Assembly: GCA_021849805.1 (NCBI GenBank)
Contig: JAJZSL010000002.1
Span: 560 to 64,559 of the forward strand
DNA: 64,000 nt
DNA from: a bacterium
Lineage (GTDB): Bacteria > Verrucomicrobiota > Verrucomicrobiia > Chthoniobacterales > UBA6821
Direction of reading: 5' to 3'
Shown here one piece after another: positions 59,683-64,000 of the stretch. A program made the translations under genes and the position numbers. The notes beneath the pieces are model-generated. The model saw nothing but the letters and a program-made list of their open reading frames with translations. It had not been told where the DNA came from and did not search any database. Position 1 is the first letter of the stretch; the number at the start of each line of letters is the position of its first letter.

Positions 59683-60170
59683 TTCAAGTACACCTTCAGC
59701 AGATTCCAGAAAATGGTACACTTCATCTTTGGGGAGAATCTGACCCGCACGCTCTTGGTCTTCAGGAAGCTCAAGCAGAAGCTCTCGGACCACTACGCTA
59801 TGATTTGCAAGTTGGTCTTTCAGGGAAGAGCCTTTTTGCAACAGGAGTGCTGACTCAGAAAATCAAAATGAATTGCGTTCTTTGTCTAGAGCCTTTTGAG
59901 TTTGAACTTCAAACAACTCAATTTGCTCTGCAACGTGATTTAGAAGGAGCAGAGTTAGTTGACTTGACCGAAGAGGTGAGAGAGGATATACATCTCCTCC
60001 TGCCTATGCACCCTCGTTGTGACATGGGTGGAGAAAAAAAGTGCTCACTGCCATTTTCAAAGAAGCTATTGAGCTTTCAAAAGCATTTGGAACATGGCCC
60101 AATGGAGAATTCTTCTCAACGAGAAGACTCAATTTGGTCGGCACTTGATGACCTTAAAAATATTCATTAA
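59679..60170 (+). CDS. yceD: YceD/DUF177 family protein
   Basis: Located upstream of rpmF. Cys pair pattern (..NCVLCLEPF.. and ..HPRCDM..). ATGA overlap with coaD. Confidence 0.75.
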   Translation: MIQVHLQQIPENGTLHLWGESDPHALGLQEAQAEALGPLRYDLQVGLSGKSLFATGVLTQKIKMNCVLCLEPFEFELQTTQFALQRDLEGAELVDLTEEVREDIHLLLPMHPRCDMGGEKKCSLPFSKKLLSFQKHLEHGPMENSSQREDSIWSALDDLKNIH

Positions 60171-60175
60171 ATCTC

Positions 60176-60358
60176 ATGGGAGTCCCAAAACGTAAAGTCT
60201 CTAAAATGCGCCTTCGTACGCGCAAAGCAGCCAATCGCTGGCATGCTCCAAGCCTTGGAAAATGCCAGTCCTGTGGCGCCCCAATTCATGCTCATACAGC
60301 CTGTTCTTCCTGTGGTTTCTATCGCGACCGTCAAGTTCTAGATATTTCTGTAGCTTAA
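60176..60358 (+). CDS. rpmF: 50S ribosomal protein L32
   Basis: MGVPKRKVSKMR.. N-terminus and the CxxC..CxxC zinc ribbon (CQSCG..CSSCG). Confidence 0.9.
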   Translation: MGVPKRKVSKMRLRTRKAANRWHAPSLGKCQSCGAPIHAHTACSSCGFYRDRQVLDISVA

Positions 60359-60428
60359 GGCTAGCGTTGAAGAACGAGCAATTCTTCCCAAAAGCTGATT
60401 TTAAAAAGCTACTTAAAACAAAAGGCTC

Positions 60429-61442
60429 ATGAAAATTGTCCTTGATGCTATGGGTGGAGACTATGCTCCTAAGAGTACGGTAGAGGGAGCAGTGCTAGCG
60501 CTCAAAGAGTATCCAAAAATTAGTCGCCTTTTTCTAACAGGTGATCAAATGGCTCTTACTGCCGAGCTCCGAAAGTTCAACTGTAGTGATCCTCGTCTTC
60601 AGATTGTCCACACAACGCAAGTGGTGGCTATGGATGATAAGGCTATTGATGCCGTGCGGCGCAAGAAAGATTCTTCGATTTCACGTGCTGTTGATCTTCT
60701 CAAAAATGGAGAAGCTGATGCTCTTGTCAGTGCCGGACATACGGGGGCTGCTGTCGCTGCGACGACCATTAAACTCCGAATGCTTGAGGGAATTGAGCGT
60801 CCCGGCATTGCCTCTTTTTTTCCTACGGAGAAAAATACTTGTATCCTGATGGATGCTGGAGCCAATGTTGATGCGCGTCCGGAGCATATGCTTCAGTATG
60901 CGATCATGGGTTCAGTGCTCGCTGAACATTTCTTAGGTTACAAAAATCCTCTCCTTGGACTCATGTCCATTGGTGAGGAGGATGTCAAAGGAAGTGAATT
61001 TACAAAGGAAATTTTCAAGCTCCTGAAATCGAGTTCTCTTCATTTTCGGGGCAATATTGAAGGGAATGATCTCTTTAAGAACCCTGTAGAGGTGGTACTC
61101 TGTGACGGTTTTACTGGTAATGTTGTTCTAAAAACCATGGAAGCTACTGCTGGTGCTGTTTTTCATTGGTTGAAGAAAGAACTCTATAAAACTCCTGTCC
61201 GTCTTCTAGGTGCCTGGTTAGCACGCAATGCTTTTCGTTCTATTCGCAAACAGACAAATCCTGAAATGTATGGAGGTAGTCCTCTTTTAGGAGTTAATGG
61301 TATTTGTATTATTGCTCATGGTTCGAGCTCTCCTCTTGCTATCAAAAATGCCATTCGGGTAGCTCTTGAATTCATTGAGCATGGGGTCAATCCTAAAATC
61401 GTTCAAGCCTTAGCAGAGTATCGCTCCAAAGAGCATCCCTAA
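60429..61442 (+). CDS. plsX: phosphate acyltransferase PlsX
   Basis: MKIVLDAMGGDYAP.., ..DALVSAGHTGA.., ..GFTGNVVLK... Confidence 0.95.
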   Translation: MKIVLDAMGGDYAPKSTVEGAVLALKEYPKISRLFLTGDQMALTAELRKFNCSDPRLQIVHTTQVVAMDDKAIDAVRRKKDSSISRAVDLLKNGEADALVSAGHTGAAVAATTIKLRMLEGIERPGIASFFPTEKNTCILMDAGANVDARPEHMLQYAIMGSVLAEHFLGYKNPLLGLMSIGEEDVKGSEFTKEIFKLLKSSSLHFRGNIEGNDLFKNPVEVVLCDGFTGNVVLKTMEATAGAVFHWLKKELYKTPVRLLGAWLARNAFRSIRKQTNPEMYGGSPLLGVNGICIIAHGSSSPLAIKNAIRVALEFIEHGVNPKIVQALAEYRSKEHP

Positions 61443-61542
61443 TGCTTTTTTGTTTGATCGATTTCCATGACCAACAACAGAGAACGATCCTTCACGCGTT
61501 AAATATTTTTCAGGACTTACTTCTTAGTACATTATATCTTGC

Positions 61543-62571
61543 ATGCAACAGAGAACAAACCACCAGTTATCAGAGTATTCCTTAAAAACAGATCGTTGTG
61601 CTTCTATTTTGGGAACAGGAAGCTATCTCCCCGAGTATATCATGACCAATGCCAAGTTAGAGAGCATGGTGGATACTACCGATGAGTGGATTCGTACTCG
61701 CACAGGAATTCGTGAACGACGAATTGCAGCTGCCCATGAGACCACCAGCGACATGGCAGCAGCAGCAGCAGCAGCAGCATTAAAGAATGCATCGATAAGC
61801 GCTGAGGAGGTTTCAATGATTATTTGTGCCACCGTAACGCCTGACATGTTCTTTCCTAGCACAGCGTGCTTTGTGCAGTCGAAAATTGGAGCTCTTCATG
61901 CTGTTTGTTTTGATGTGAGTGCTGCTTGTTCTGGATTTCTCTATGCTATGGAAATTGCACGACAATTCATTGCCAGTGGTCAGCAGAAAATTATTTTGGT
62001 TCTTGGAGCTGATAAGCTCTCAACAATCGTCAATTGGAAAGATCGTAACACCTGCGTGCTCTTTGGTGATGGTGCCGGTGCTGCTCTTCTGGGACATCGT
62101 GAAGGCAGCGGTGGAATTCTTGCTACCTCCATGGGGAGCAATGGATCACTTGCTAACATTCTCTACACCCCAGGAGGTGGAAGTGCCGCTCCTACAACCT
62201 CTGAAAATGTCGATCAAAAGCTAGCAACCATTCACATGAATGGACGTGAAACCTACAAACATGCTGTCAAAGCTATGGTCGACTCTTCCGAAAAAGTCCT
62301 CGCGCAAGCTGGACTCACCATCAACGACATCACTTGCATCATTCCTCACCAAGCCAATCTACGAATCATCGAAGCCATCGCTGATCGATTACACGTTCCC
62401 CTCAACCTCTTCCACCTCAACCTCGATCGCTACGGCAATACCTCCGCCGCTGCCGTCGCCATCGCCCTCCACGAAGCTGCTCAAACCAAAAATTTTCGTC
62501 CAGGTGACCTCATCTTATTAGTGGTTTTTGGAGGGGGGTTGACCTGGGCTGCATCGATTGTTCAATGGTAA
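61543..62571 (+). CDS. fabH: 3-oxoacyl-ACP synthase III
   Basis: Active-site Cys in ..AACSGFLYA.., ..IPHQANLRII.. and ..YGNTSAAAV... The N-terminal ~18 aa may be extension. Confidence 0.95.
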   Translation: MQQRTNHQLSEYSLKTDRCASILGTGSYLPEYIMTNAKLESMVDTTDEWIRTRTGIRERRIAAAHETTSDMAAAAAAAALKNASISAEEVSMIICATVTPDMFFPSTACFVQSKIGALHAVCFDVSAACSGFLYAMEIARQFIASGQQKIILVLGADKLSTIVNWKDRNTCVLFGDGAGAALLGHREGSGGILATSMGSNGSLANILYTPGGGSAAPTTSENVDQKLATIHMNGRETYKHAVKAMVDSSEKVLAQAGLTINDITCIIPHQANLRIIEAIADRLHVPLNLFHLNLDRYGNTSAAAVAIALHEAAQTKNFRPGDLILLVVFGGGLTWAASIVQW

Positions 62572-62724
62572 AAATGCCTTATCAATTCTACTGCTCTGGC
62601 AAAGAGCTTTGTTGCGCTGGTGCTCGCCTCGTCGAGTATCTGGGTATACACTCCTCTTCTGCGCGCCAGCGCTCCTTGCTCTTTATCCAGATCAGCGAAT
62701 TGCTAAGGCATTTTTGTTTTTTTC
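62570..62724 (+). terminator. candidate intrinsic (possibly bidirectional) terminator formed by C2a
   Basis: A long imperfect hairpin whose 3' arm ends in ggcattttt and runs into tttttgttttttt. The 5' arm starts with an A-run overlapping the fabH stop codon. Confidence 0.4.
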
Positions 62725-62900
62725 TCTACTGCTCTGGCAAAGAGCTTTGTTGCGCTGGTGCTCGCCTTCTCGAGTATCTGGGTATACACTCCTCTTCTGC
62801 GCGCCAGCGCTCCTTGCGCTTTATCCAGATGAATGAATTGCTAAGGCATTTTTGTTTTTTTCTCTCTACTGCTCTGCTTTCTCTTGCTCTGGTAAAGAAG
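62570..62900 (+). repeat. Family C elements in tandem (C2a 62570-62715 complete; C2b 62726-62853 lacking the left outer arm; a third start at 62866)
   Basis: The period is ~139 bp (ctactgctctgg.. at 62588, 62726 and 62866). C2a's left arm aaaaatgccttatcaattc and right arm gaattgctaaggcattttt are complementary at 18 of 19 positions. Confidence 0.85.
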
Positions 62901-62908
62901 TTCTTTAG

Positions 62909-64000
<1,092 letters not shown>

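Overview
This is a 64-kb chromosomal window from a diderm bacterium (bamD, lptE, a DUF374 acyltransferase and tatA are present). GC looks low to moderate by eye. I cannot resolve the lineage without a search; a PVC-type or other host-associated group is possible but low confidence. I call about 59 protein genes, mostly housekeeping: rpsA, rlmN, metNIQ, manA, a DEAD-box helicase, ispD-folD-DUF374-ubiX, rplS-rnhB-yraN-recD2, lptE-bamD, typA, yebC, dinB, a complete F1Fo operon atpBEFHAGDC, xerC/D, tatA, tyrS, guaA-coaD-yceD-rpmF-plsX-fabH, and purA (cut by the window end). I saw no tRNA, rRNA, CRISPR array, prophage, transposase or reverse transcriptase. Many ORF-track starts are over-extended to upstream TTG/GTG codons. 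I trimmed them where a conserved N-terminus or signal peptide showed the real start.

The unusual content is mostly non-coding:
- Repeat families. Most of the long intergenic spacers are occupied by three unrelated repeat families.
  - Family A is a ~226-bp element with hairpin-containing inverted ends, flanked by mirror-symmetric purine/pyrimidine degenerate arrays and a conserved tail module.
  - Family B is a ~166-bp MITE-like element with 26-28-bp TIRs and TA flanks. One copy supplies the last 5 codons and the stop of ispD.
  - Family C is a ~146-bp giant hairpin placed at or just after stop codons.
- Tandem duplication. A 789-aa ORFan contains a 408-bp in-frame tandem duplication that is 407/408 identical.
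- ORFans. Several lineage-specific proteins have Ser-rich N-termini and no Sec signal.
- Toxin-like pair. An orphan RelE/ParE-like gene sits directly upstream of a fused two-module AhbA/B-NirDL-like (AsnC-type) gene.
- Translation starts. None of the ~45 start regions I read has a Shine-Dalgarno motif. A 13-nt leader motif is shared only by atpA and atpD.

All protein family calls come from motif recognition by eye. No database search was run.
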